A stretch of DNA of 64,000 bases from Candidatus Latescibacterota bacterium (lineage in GTDB: Bacteria > Latescibacterota > UBA2968 > GCA-2709665): assembly GCA_965208835.1 (NCBI GenBank), contig OZ242358.1, positions 4,608,001 through 4,672,000 on the forward strand, in the 5' to 3' direction. Position numbers and translations under genes: made by a program. The notes beneath the pieces are model-generated. The model was not told the DNA's origin and did no database searches. It was given only the letters and a program-made list of their open reading frames with translations. Position 1 is the first letter of the stretch; every line of letters starts with the position of its first letter. Positions 37,475-46,592 of this stretch are shown piece by piece.

Positions 37475-37549
37475 AAGACGATCGTCACCGGGAAATGCGC
37501 ACGGTTGATCTGAATTGCCCGGAAATGCGGCTGGAGAGAGCGGGAGGGT

Positions 37550-38437
37550 TCAATGCCCGTGCTGCGCTTCCGTTCCATGAACGGCAGAGGATTCGACGAA
37601 GTAGAGGCCGTAGGCGAGAGCGATTCCCACGAGAAGGGATGCGATGAGTTTGCCGCGGTCGTGACTGTGGAATTGGATTTCGGGCAGCAGATCGCTCAGC
37701 GCAATGCACAGAAACACGCCAGCGGCAAACGCAAGCACATAGCCGATGACCGAGCCGTCGTCCTGGCCGAGCAGCCCCGCGCCCCAGAAACTGGCAAGAG
37801 CGACCAGCGGGCACAGCAAGGCAAAAGCGGTGTTGGCCGCCGCTCGCGCGCGCGCGCTGTATCCCCCGAACTTCATCATCCCGATGATGGAGTAAGCATC
37901 GAGCGGCTTGTGAAGAAGGATGGCGAGGAATACGCCGAGGGCGGGCAACGCGCCTCCGTCTTCGTGAGGCGAGCTGATCCGCATACTGGTACCCAGGGCG
38001 ACGCCTTCGGTTACGGTATGCACGCCCAGGCCCATGGCAACCCCAACCAGACTGCCCGAGTGCGCGCCGGAGTTTCCGTGGTCACGATGCTCGTACAGCT
38101 TGCCGGCTTCAGTGCTGAAGTCGTGCTGATGGAAATGAAAGACGCGGAGCAGAAAAATCATCAGGATCATGCCGAAAACCACCCACGCGACGGCTTTCTC
38201 CACGTTTCCCGGTCCGGAAATCCGTTCGAGACTGTGTGGCAAGAGGTGGTACATGGCGATGCCGAGGATAAAACCCGCTACGAGGCTCATCAGTATTTGA
38301 ATCTTGGTGTGGGTCATGGATCCCAGAACCGCCAGTTTCCCGCCGGCAAAGGAAACTGCGAAGATGCCCAGTGAATATCCCGTTATGATGAGCAGACTGT
38401 CTGAATCCACGATGACCCGACCTTGGATTGGCTTCAT
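37550..38437 (-). CDS. ZIP family metal transporter
   Basis: HLLPHS, His-rich loop HFHQH..HRDH, HTVTEG, ILLHKPLD, FAAGVFLCIALSDLLPE; start uncertain. Confidence 0.88.
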   Translation of the reverse strand: MKPIQGRVIVDSDSLLIITGYSLGIFAVSFAGGKLAVLGSMTHTKIQILMSLVAGFILGIAMYHLLPHSLERISGPGNVEKAVAWVVFGMILMIFLLRVFHFHQHDFSTEAGKLYEHRDHGNSGAHSGSLVGVAMGLGVHTVTEGVALGTSMRISSPHEDGGALPALGVFLAILLHKPLDAYSIIGMMKFGGYSARARAAANTAFALLCPLVALASFWGAGLLGQDDGSVIGYVLAFAAGVFLCIALSDLLPEIQFHSHDRGKLIASLLVGIALAYGLYFVESSAVHGTEAQHGH

Positions 38438-38646
38438 CCCGTCCTGTTCAACACCTGTGGACGACGTTCCCTGACGTGAGCGAGTGTTGCGTCGAATTCC
38501 AGGTGGCATGCACATTCGCAACTGTTCGGTAGATCGGCCAACCGATCGAGCAAAGCGCTGAACCACGGGAATTTTTCAGGGGCAACCCCACTTCCCGCGC
38601 TGGGCCGCCCCCTTACGACTATTGTCCTTTTTCGACCCCAGGCGAC

Positions 38647-39135
38647 TCAGAAGAAAAGCATGAGGAGCAGGATACTGCTCAGCCCGCCCAGCATAAACCC
38701 GCCTATGCTGACCGCGCCCGAGAACAATGAATAGTCGGCGATCCGAAACGTCTGTCCGCCCAGTGTGAAGAGCACCTGGCTGCGGGTGATCTCACCGTCG
38801 ACGAATCGCTTGAGCCCCTCCTCGGCGCTGTGGGCCTCCTTTACGGAGACCATGGCCACCAGAATCATCGTCAGCGCGGATGCAAGGGTCCCCAGTGCAA
38901 ATATGAGCAACGTTCCCAGGGCCACCCAGTGGTACGCGGCGTCTTCGTTTCCTGAAGGCGAACTCATGAATCCGATTATCAGCGCCGCACCGCCGGCATT
39001 GCCGAGCAGCATGAGTCTGGCCGATTCGGTGATCAGCCTGAACATCGTGCCGCGCCGCATGTGGACAACCTTGTAGAGTTCGCGCAACCACTCTTCGCCG
39101 ACTTCCTCAGCGGAAAATTCGTCCACCTTTTTCAA
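38647..39135 (-). CDS. hypothetical membrane protein (about 3 TM segments)
   Basis: 162-aa ORF starting 3 bp after the SBP gene, with ggag just upstream; LLGNAGGAAL helix. Confidence 0.7.
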   Translation of the reverse strand: MKKVDEFSAEEVGEEWLRELYKVVHMRRGTMFRLITESARLMLLGNAGGAALIIGFMSSPSGNEDAAYHWVALGTLLIFALGTLASALTMILVAMVSVKEAHSAEEGLKRFVDGEITRSQVLFTLGGQTFRIADYSLFSGAVSIGGFMLGGLSSILLLMLFF

Positions 39136-39138
39136 CGG

Positions 39139-40293
39139 TCAATCTCCTCCGAGATCGATCAACCGGACGTAGTGCGAACCCGTGTTGGTTCCAGGCTCGA
39201 AGGCGAGCGTCCAATCGTCAATCGCTACCGGTCCGGACGACAATGCCTGCTGCAGAAAATGCTCCCGAGTCATTGTCTCGCCCATTCGCTCCAGTACCTC
39301 GATGACGAAGCGACCCAGGATGTATCCCTCCAGGGACACCTCGTTGACGCCGTATTTCCCGTCGTCTGCGCCGTTTACCGCATCCACGGCCTCCAGCGCA
39401 CGATGAAAGCTTGTGACCACCCGCATGCCGGCGTCGTCTGCATCGGGCACCACTTCGGAGACCAGTATTCTGTCGTTCGGCGCATCGATCCTTTTCTTCA
39501 ACTCGTAGGACAGAACGAAAGACAGATTGGCCATTATGTATCTGTGGCCGAGAGAGTGCGCCAGATTGATAATTTCAGAGTTGGACGCATACGCGCCGAC
39601 GATCATGATAGCGTCCAGGTCGGCTTTGGCCAGGGCGAACAGACTGGCCTGGACGGCATGTGTGTTTCGAGAGAACGCGGTTTTCGCCAGAATGGGAATG
39701 CCCTTGCCGTCGAGAACCGACTTGTAGTTCGTCAGGACGGAACGCCCGAACGCGTCGTCCTGATAGATGATGCCGAACCGCTTTTTACCTCTCTTCCTCA
39801 GAATGTGGTTTACCAGAACGCGGGTCTCGTCCAGATAGCCTGCTCGCAGGTTGACGACGTTCGGGAACCGCCTTGCGTTGCGCAGGAACGCCGCGCCGGT
39901 AAAGGGTCCCACAAAGGGAATCTTCGCTGTCTTCAACACCGGAGCAATGCGTTTCGCCGTTGGCGTACCCACACCGCCGATAACGGCGAAAACGTCGTCC
40001 TCCGAAACGAATCGTTCCGCATTGGCGGCCGCAAGATCGGGCTCGTAGGCGTCGTCGAGGGAAATCAGCTTCAGCGTTCTGCCGTTAACGCCGCCGCTGC
40101 GGTTCGCTTCGAGAAGGGCCGCGCGAATACCGGCCCGGTAGTTGAGTCCCAATTGTCTGTTCGGCCCGGAGAAACAGGCGCTCTGACCGAAAACAATCGT
40201 CGTACCGCTGACACCTTTTGCCGCATGGGACGTCGCGACAGGCAGCAGGGCGAGCCAGGATGCCAATAGCCCACTGATGATGTATGCCGCCAT
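39139..40293 (-). CDS. periplasmic substrate-binding protein, type I (LivJ/Peripla_BP_6-like)
   Basis: Signal peptide, GQSA.FSGP, N.SGGVNGR..LISLDDAYEP, VGTPT, NLRAGY, YQDDAFG, SLEGY. Confidence 0.88.
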   Translation of the reverse strand: MAAYIISGLLASWLALLPVATSHAAKGVSGTTIVFGQSACFSGPNRQLGLNYRAGIRAALLEANRSGGVNGRTLKLISLDDAYEPDLAAANAERFVSEDDVFAVIGGVGTPTAKRIAPVLKTAKIPFVGPFTGAAFLRNARRFPNVVNLRAGYLDETRVLVNHILRKRGKKRFGIIYQDDAFGRSVLTNYKSVLDGKGIPILAKTAFSRNTHAVQASLFALAKADLDAIMIVGAYASNSEIINLAHSLGHRYIMANLSFVLSYELKKRIDAPNDRILVSEVVPDADDAGMRVVTSFHRALEAVDAVNGADDGKYGVNEVSLEGYILGRFVIEVLERMGETMTREHFLQQALSSGPVAIDDWTLAFEPGTNTGSHYVRLIDLGGD

Positions 40294-40323
40294 TCGCTAC
40301 CCTCTTCCCGAGGCGTGTCAGAT

Positions 40324-41778
40324 CTACTCCGACGAGGCGCCAGCCTCCCCCGTCTTTCCCGATTTGTCGGCAGCCGCTTCCTGCTTCCCCTGCTTGACGT
40401 CGGCCTTCGTTTTCTTCCCCTGTCTGGCCCCTTCCTTCTTCCTGGACGGGGCGACGGACTCTGCTTTCTTCCCGGATTTGACGCCGGGCGTTGCCTGCGT
40501 CGCCGGCTTGCCATCCTCCTCGGGGAGTACCTCCACCATGGGCTTTTCCTGCTCCTGCCGGCTGAATCGTTTGCCACGCGCGACGTGGCTATGGGAGAAT
40601 ATCGAAGGTGTGTCGAATATGAGCGACCGGGGGTTGGCCACGTCCAGGTGATCGCGCTCCGCGCGCACTCTGTGAAATTGGCCGTCCAGCGTGAGTCTGT
40701 CCTCATCGACGTTTTCTATCTTATGTACATCGGGCATTTGCGTTGACGATAACGCCATCCTGCCGGCCGCCGCGCCGGTTCCTGTGGGCGGCTCCGCCAG
40801 CGCCAGGTCCGCCGGCGTAAATCCATCGCCGACGCCGTCTATCATGTTAATGTCGATGGCCGACTGATTGGCCGGGTTGACCGCCGCCAGGCTCGCTTCG
40901 GAGAAGATCTTCCGCATGCGATCCCAGTAGCGCGTGATACGTACGTGCGACGGCTGTTTCCTGTATTCGCCCAGCAGCGCGGAGAACGCTTCGGCGCTGC
41001 TTTTGGCCTGCACGACGCGTTCTCCTGCCCTGGCTCTTGCCTCCAATACGAGCGCTTCGGCCTGTCCCCGGCTGCGCGCAATCAGCTGCTCCTTCTGTCG
41101 GTTCGCGTCGCTTACCGCTTTCACCCGCTCTGCAAATGCGTCGCTGACGTCCCGAAACGCGGCGATGGTTTCCTCGATGGGGCGCACGTCGACGATGTCG
41201 AGCGAGACGAGCTCTATGCCTATGTCGCGGTAATCAAGCCAGGCGGTAATCCTGTCGAACAGCCTGCTTTGAATGATGTTCCGATTCGATGTCAGAATCA
41301 GGTCGATGAAATTCTCACCGAGGACGTCGATAAGTTCTTCTCTGGTGTAAACGGTCAACATCGCGATCGGATCGCTGGAGACGAACAGGAAATCTCCGAG
41401 ATTACCGATCCGGTACTGAAGCGCGACGTCCACTTCAAGCAGATTCACGTCGCCGGATAATATCGTGAAGTTGACCTTGTTGCCTTCCCTGCTGGAAACC
41501 TGGTATCGGGTAACCCGCTTGACCTTGCGGATGTATACCTTGTCGATTACCGGAATGCAATAGCGTATTCCGGGCCGGACGTTGTCGTTTGCTAACCTTC
41601 CGAACCGGAGGACGACGCCATGTTCTTCCTTCTTCACGATGTAAAATCCGCTGGCCAGGATGCACACGAGAACCGCAGCTACAGTCCTGAGCAAGATTCG
41701 CCGCTGGTGTTTCGAAAAATAATCGAACACGGCGTAGATGATCCGCGTACTCGGCGGCAATGATGTCGGTTCACTCAT
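40324..41778 (-). CDS. HflK-like SPFH/band-7 protein with a long C-terminal extension
   Basis: One TM, SGFYIV..EHGVVLRFG, PG..Y..P, LSGD.NL, QYRI, AFRDV..A, ARSRGQA. Confidence 0.85.
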   Translation of the reverse strand: MSEPTSLPPSTRIIYAVFDYFSKHQRRILLRTVAAVLVCILASGFYIVKKEEHGVVLRFGRLANDNVRPGIRYCIPVIDKVYIRKVKRVTRYQVSSREGNKVNFTILSGDVNLLEVDVALQYRIGNLGDFLFVSSDPIAMLTVYTREELIDVLGENFIDLILTSNRNIIQSRLFDRITAWLDYRDIGIELVSLDIVDVRPIEETIAAFRDVSDAFAERVKAVSDANRQKEQLIARSRGQAEALVLEARARAGERVVQAKSSAEAFSALLGEYRKQPSHVRITRYWDRMRKIFSEASLAAVNPANQSAIDINMIDGVGDGFTPADLALAEPPTGTGAAAGRMALSSTQMPDVHKIENVDEDRLTLDGQFHRVRAERDHLDVANPRSLIFDTPSIFSHSHVARGKRFSRQEQEKPMVEVLPEEDGKPATQATPGVKSGKKAESVAPSRKKEGARQGKKTKADVKQGKQEAAADKSGKTGEAGASSE

Positions 41779-41796
41779 TTCGTACGGGCTCCCGGT

Positions 41797-42687
41797 CTAT
41801 CGGGGCGTGGTCCTGCTGTTGAGGTATTTGAACAGCTCGTTGTCGGCCGGCAGCATCAACGTCGTGTTCCGGTCGATGATCAGGTCGTAGCTGTCCAGCG
41901 CACGGATGAAGCTGTAGAACTCCGGGTCCTGCCGGTATGCCTTGCCCAGCACCGCCATGGCCTCGGCCTCGGCCTTGCCGAGAATGGCGGTTGCTTCCGC
42001 ATGGGCGTCGGCCAGCAGCTTTTCGTGTTCGTTAATGGCCAGGGCCTCGATACGCAGCGCCATTTCCTCGCCCTCGCTGCGATACCGCGCGGCAATACGG
42101 GCCCGTTCCGCGATCATGCGCCGAATGACGCTCGGTCGGTTCTCCGTGGGCAGCGTGTATTCCACGATTCCCGCTTCGATGACCTCGATGCCGTAGCTCT
42201 CTCTGGCAATTGGCGCGATTCTGGCGTGTATTTCACGCGAAGCCTCGTTCAGGTCTTCGTGTTCCAGCCCCAACCCGATAAAGGCGTCGAGAGCCTTGTT
42301 GCTGATGATGATCCCGCTGCTGGACAGATAGAGGTCCTGCAAGCGCTCAACGGCGTTCTTCCCGGTGCGAATCGCCTCGACGAACAAAATGGGGTCCACC
42401 GTCCGCCAGAGCAGGTACCCGTCGACGCGTACGCTTTTCTGATCGTCGGTGATCAGTTCGTGAGGCATGTCGGTCAACGTATGAATACGCCGGTCCACCT
42501 TGTAAATCCTGGAGATCGGCCGAGGCCACTTCAGGTGTAACCCCGGTTGTCTCACCGGCGCCGAAATCCTGCCGAAGTGAGTCAATACGCCCTGCTGGGT
42601 TTCGTGGATAATATAGATGCTGTCGTAGACGATTGCACCGACGATCACAACGAGGGCGGCGGTCATCGTGGCTTTTTTGAGCGTCAT
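41797..42687 (-). CDS. HflC-like SPFH protein
   Basis: One TM, V.T.FG, PGLHLKWP, LITDDQKSV.VD, RMIAER.RIAARYRSEG, AYRQDPEFYSFIRALDSY. Confidence 0.9.
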   Translation of the reverse strand: MTLKKATMTAALVVIVGAIVYDSIYIIHETQQGVLTHFGRISAPVRQPGLHLKWPRPISRIYKVDRRIHTLTDMPHELITDDQKSVRVDGYLLWRTVDPILFVEAIRTGKNAVERLQDLYLSSSGIIISNKALDAFIGLGLEHEDLNEASREIHARIAPIARESYGIEVIEAGIVEYTLPTENRPSVIRRMIAERARIAARYRSEGEEMALRIEALAINEHEKLLADAHAEATAILGKAEAEAMAVLGKAYRQDPEFYSFIRALDSYDLIIDRNTTLMLPADNELFKYLNSRTTPR

Positions 42688-42838
42688 TAGCTTTACCTCG
42701 TCGGGAAGGGCGTAAAGGTCGCGTGCGTGAGGTCGGCCCGCTGACCCGATGTTATTCTGATCTATCGGCCGCCATCAGATTGGCGTGGTTTCCGGCGATC
42801 CGTACGGAATATGGATTGCGTGCCGGAAATTACCGCGT

Positions 42839-45139
42839 TCACTTTCTTGCGGCCTTTTTCTTGTGGCCCGACGGCGCGCCATGGTTTGATTCGCCGGTCC
42901 TTTTCTTCCACAGCGCGACCTTTTCAAGGCTTTTCTTGTTGGGAACGATTATCTTGGGATTGCCGGCCAACGCCGTCTCCAGTTTTTCCCGCCAGAGCAT
43001 GTTCCTGAGAACGCCAGGCGCGGTTCTGACGGCCCTGGATACCGTGGAAATGGCATCGGCCTCAGCGGCAGACGTCTTCACTTTCCGATAGGCCTCGCCG
43101 TCGGCCTGTTGCACCTCCCACGCCGCGTTTCCGTGCGCCTGTGGCACCAGCGATACAAGGAAGCGCTGTGCATTGACGATAATCCGCTCCCGGTCTTCCT
43201 GGGCGCTGGAAACGTCCCGGAAAGCACTCATGGTTTCCGCCACGGGACTGACACCCAGCAGGTTGACCTTGACGACTTCAACTGTTTTCAGTACCGGATT
43301 CGAGAGATGCAGGTCCCCGTCGAAGTACTTGGTGATATGATCTTCAAGCGTTGCGCGATGCACGTTCAGCAATTTTTCAAGGCCCCGGGCGGAAACGAAG
43401 GAACGCACGTGGGCCTTGACGAAGTCGGAAATGACATTCTGCGGATCCTCCGTGCGATAATGATAGACGTAGGGGTCCTTGACCCGGTATTGCACGTTGA
43501 CGGTGAGGGAAATCAGATTGAGGTCGCCCGACACGTATTCTTCAGGCGTTTCGCACAGAATGGACTTCACTTCCCTGACCGGCCATTTGTCGACTTTGAC
43601 GAAGGGCCAGGGGGCGAGATAGCTCAACCCAGGCTGAATGTCACGCCAGTAGACCTCACCCATAAGCCGGCCGTAGCCCACCGAATCGGGGGGTATGGTT
43701 GTGAATCCGCTGGCCAGGAACAGGAGGAGGAGAAACCCCCAAAACATCTTTCCCAGTGGCGTGGCGGGAGAAAACATCCCCCTGAAGCTTCGCTTGCGCG
43801 TCAGGCGCTCCCAGACCTGACCCCAGGACTTTGCAAGGGGCCGCACGTTGAGAAGCAGATCCTCCCAGCCACTGCGGAGCGCGCCCGCGCGGAAACGCCA
43901 GACTATAAGAGCAATGAGAACCAGCGCGGAGCCCCACTGCAGGAACTGTATCGTCGGCGACTCGGACGGGCCGAGGTACACCGGAATCGTCAGACCCGTG
44001 GCCAGGAGCAGCGCGTCGATCACAATGCCGAGAGCGACTGTGACCGCGATGACCGCAGCTACGTAAATGGTTGCGAAGCGGGCGCCGAACTGGCTGACGA
44101 TGATTGCGATCGTACCGGTGTTGGTGGCCGGCCCGGTCATTAGAAAAATCAGCGCCGCGCCGGGGCTGAATCCCTTGGCAACGAGGGCTGCGGCGATCGG
44201 CGTACTGGCCGATGCGCAGATATAGAGGGGAACGCCGACAAGCACCATCACGGGATAGGAGACCCAGCGGGCATATTCGTTTGTCATCAGGTCGCCCGGT
44301 ATCACCAGGAAGAGTACTCCGCCCAGGGCCACGCCAACCAGAAGCGCAAAGAGGATATCGTCCGCAATCTCCACGAATCCGTAGTGAAAGACATGCTTCA
44401 CGAGCCTTTTAAAGTCGAGCGCGGGACCCTCCGCGGGCTTGTCTCCCGGGGAAGCCTTTCCGGCCTCCTCAGCCTCCAGCGCGTCACGGTAGAACGCCGG
44501 TTTCACCCAGGAAAGGGACTTCCAGCGTCCTGCGACCGTGACGACGCTCTTCAGCCATTGTAAGAAAAGCCCCTTCAATCTCGAAAAGCTGACGTAGCAG
44601 TCGTCAGTTTCCGGAATCAGGGGTTCGTGACAACCGTGATCGTGGTCGTGATCGTGCCCATGGCCATGGTCGTGGTCGTGTTCATCGTGGCCATGGTCCG
44701 ACACGGTTTCTTCGTGGCCGTTACGTATCAGACCGATACAAAAGATGCCGGCGACGACGGCGGTGATGAAGCTGATTACCGGACGGACGACCGCGGCAAT
44801 AAAACCGAAGAAGGCGTTTGTGACCAGAATCGAGTCCGCACCCGTCTCCGGTGCGGTTATCAGGAAGGACATGCAGGACGATCGGGATGCGCCCTTCCTG
44901 CGCATCTCGGCAACCACGGGCACAACGGAACAACTGCACAGCGGCACGGGTACGCCCACGGCCGAACTCACGGCAACGGATTTCAGGCTGTCGTCCTTGA
45001 GCCACCTGAGGATGGCCTCGCGGGAAATAAATACATGGATCAGCCCCGAAAGGAACAGCCCCAGCAACAGCATTGGCGCCAGGAGTAATCCGGACATCCA
45101 GAGAAAATCGAAGAAACTGAACAGCGTCTGCTGTACCAC
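42839..45139 (-). CDS. ArsP/DUF318 (SO_0444-like) metal permease with a His-rich loop, fused to a C-terminal HflK-like SPFH domain
   Basis: PLCSCSVVP, FLITAPETGADS, YICASASTP, GAALIFLMTGPATN; HGHDEHDHDHGHGHDHDHDH loop; C-terminal PG....PWP, SGDLNL, VQYRV, AFRDVSSAQED; GTG start with RBS ggagg. Confidence 0.88.
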   Translation of the reverse strand: MVQQTLFSFFDFLWMSGLLLAPMLLLGLFLSGLIHVFISREAILRWLKDDSLKSVAVSSAVGVPVPLCSCSVVPVVAEMRRKGASRSSCMSFLITAPETGADSILVTNAFFGFIAAVVRPVISFITAVVAGIFCIGLIRNGHEETVSDHGHDEHDHDHGHGHDHDHDHGCHEPLIPETDDCYVSFSRLKGLFLQWLKSVVTVAGRWKSLSWVKPAFYRDALEAEEAGKASPGDKPAEGPALDFKRLVKHVFHYGFVEIADDILFALLVGVALGGVLFLVIPGDLMTNEYARWVSYPVMVLVGVPLYICASASTPIAAALVAKGFSPGAALIFLMTGPATNTGTIAIIVSQFGARFATIYVAAVIAVTVALGIVIDALLLATGLTIPVYLGPSESPTIQFLQWGSALVLIALIVWRFRAGALRSGWEDLLLNVRPLAKSWGQVWERLTRKRSFRGMFSPATPLGKMFWGFLLLLFLASGFTTIPPDSVGYGRLMGEVYWRDIQPGLSYLAPWPFVKVDKWPVREVKSILCETPEEYVSGDLNLISLTVNVQYRVKDPYVYHYRTEDPQNVISDFVKAHVRSFVSARGLEKLLNVHRATLEDHITKYFDGDLHLSNPVLKTVEVVKVNLLGVSPVAETMSAFRDVSSAQEDRERIIVNAQRFLVSLVPQAHGNAAWEVQQADGEAYRKVKTSAAEADAISTVSRAVRTAPGVLRNMLWREKLETALAGNPKIIVPNKKSLEKVALWKKRTGESNHGAPSGHKKKAARK

Positions 45140-45299
45140 TCAATTGCCTCCAGTGCATTGGATGATTCGAATCTTCACCTGGAAGGCATCTCAGAAACAG
45201 AAAACGAACGGCGCCGCAAACCACGCCAGACACGACGCTGTGCCGACCGTCAGTTTCGCCGTCACAATAGTCCGATTCACTTCAGGGATCGGAGCGGAA

Positions 45300-45328
45300 A
45301 TGATACTGACTATCAGATATTAAATCAA
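45300..45328 (-). promoter_or_regulatory. sigma70-type promoter overlapped by a Fur-family operator
   Basis: Minus strand TTGATT, 17 bp, TATCAT; palindrome TGATACT-G-ACTATCA at 45301-45315 matches 12 of 14 positions of the Fur 7-1-7 core TGATAAT-N-ATTATCA. Confidence 0.7.
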
Positions 45329-45520
45329 GCACTATATATGTACTAAATATATACTAATACGTGTATTCCATCACCTCGACAAGGGGTCGATATCCGCCTG
45401 GAAAAACGTCGTTTTGGCCGCCCTGACCGAACAGCGGCGTCAGGCCGTTCGCAGCGACGAATCACGCTCCAGGCTGAGCGCTGCCTGGGGCAACGCTCGA
45501 CGTCGGTACAGCGTTTGTTT

Positions 45521-46309
45521 TCAGGGCCTGGAAGGACCGGGGTCGCGGTCGGTCCGGCCCGTACTCCTGACATAGCGCGGGCGGTTGTGTACGGGACGGA
45601 ATCCGACCCTCCTGTAGACCCTTTCGGCGGCGCTGCCGGCCACCACTTCGAGGCCGGTCCATCGATTTCCCATCGAATGTGAATCAACCACCGCGCGGGC
45701 GGTCACGGCGGACGCGACCCCTCTGCGGCGGTATTGAGGCAGCGTACCGATAAAGTCGACACAACCCAAACCGTATTTGGAGTAAAGCAAAGCGGTTCCC
45801 GCAGGCTCGCGATTCAAGTACGCGAGGTAGAGACGGACTTCCGGTATATCCAGAACCCGTCGTCCAATGGCGCCCACGGCGGCCGGAAAGTCAAAGCTGC
45901 GACACATGGTTGTTGCCCAGACTTCGTACCGTCCCGGATCGAGTTCCTCGACCTCAACGGCTTTGGAGCAAGAGGGCCGGACGTCCCGGTCGCAGAGCAT
46001 CGCCACGGCCTGTAAATCAAACGCGAATCCACGTCTTTTCAGCCGTTCGGCCAGATCAGCGGGGCGGTCCAGCGGCGACAGGGTGAACGCACAATCGAAG
46101 TTTCTTTCCGTGAAATGGGCGAGGGCACGGTCGATCATTGGGTCCACCATTGAATCGGGCACGTCAATCTGTACGACGCGATGCAGCATGGGCACTTTGA
46201 CGCTCTTCTTGCTGAATGCGGTAGCCCCGTCCAGGTCGTGGCTATCGCACCAGCTTGCCCGGAACCCGATCCAGAGTTTTTCGAATGTTGTCGTGAATTG
46301 GTCAGACAT
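45521..46309 (-). CDS. GNAT family N-acetyltransferase
   Basis: GTLPQYRRRGVA acetyl-CoA motif, AERVYRRVGF; ATG 46309 chosen as start. Confidence 0.85.
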   Translation of the reverse strand: MSDQFTTTFEKLWIGFRASWCDSHDLDGATAFSKKSVKVPMLHRVVQIDVPDSMVDPMIDRALAHFTERNFDCAFTLSPLDRPADLAERLKRRGFAFDLQAVAMLCDRDVRPSCSKAVEVEELDPGRYEVWATTMCRSFDFPAAVGAIGRRVLDIPEVRLYLAYLNREPAGTALLYSKYGLGCVDFIGTLPQYRRRGVASAVTARAVVDSHSMGNRWTGLEVVAGSAAERVYRRVGFRPVHNRPRYVRSTGRTDRDPGPSRP

Positions 46310-46592
46310 GGGACTGGAAGTCCTCCGGAATCTGTTTCGCTTCCTGAAATACGCATAGGAAATGCGCGTAATCGCCTGCCCCGACGTTGACCTCCTGTCA
46401 GGTTTTAACCGACATCCTTTGCGATAATCCACCAGATTCGTATATTGTCTTTCCTCTGAAAACGGGTCATACATCGGGGAATTGCAACTATTCGCCCTGA
46501 GTTCCGTATAATGATCGTATCGGGCGATTGCTCCTCCGCGTGGACTGATTCACCGGAGCCTTTTGCGAGCGCTGAAGATGAGGTTTTGCACA

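Noticed and set aside
44627-44695. Short tandem-like DNA repeats (cgtgat/cgtggt)
   Set aside because: They simply encode the His/Asp-rich loop of the permease and are not a CRISPR or VNTR array.
45191-45280. 29-codon minus-strand uORF (VNRTIVTAKL...FCF) in the leader of the permease-SPFH operon
   Set aside because: It has no SD sequence and no His- or Cys-rich pattern suggesting a leader peptide, so it cannot be supported without conservation data.
46482-46512. Promoter candidate TTGCAA...TATAAT upstream of the epimerase
   Set aside because: The -10 is perfect but the spacer is 19 bp, which is plausible but too weak to list as a feature.
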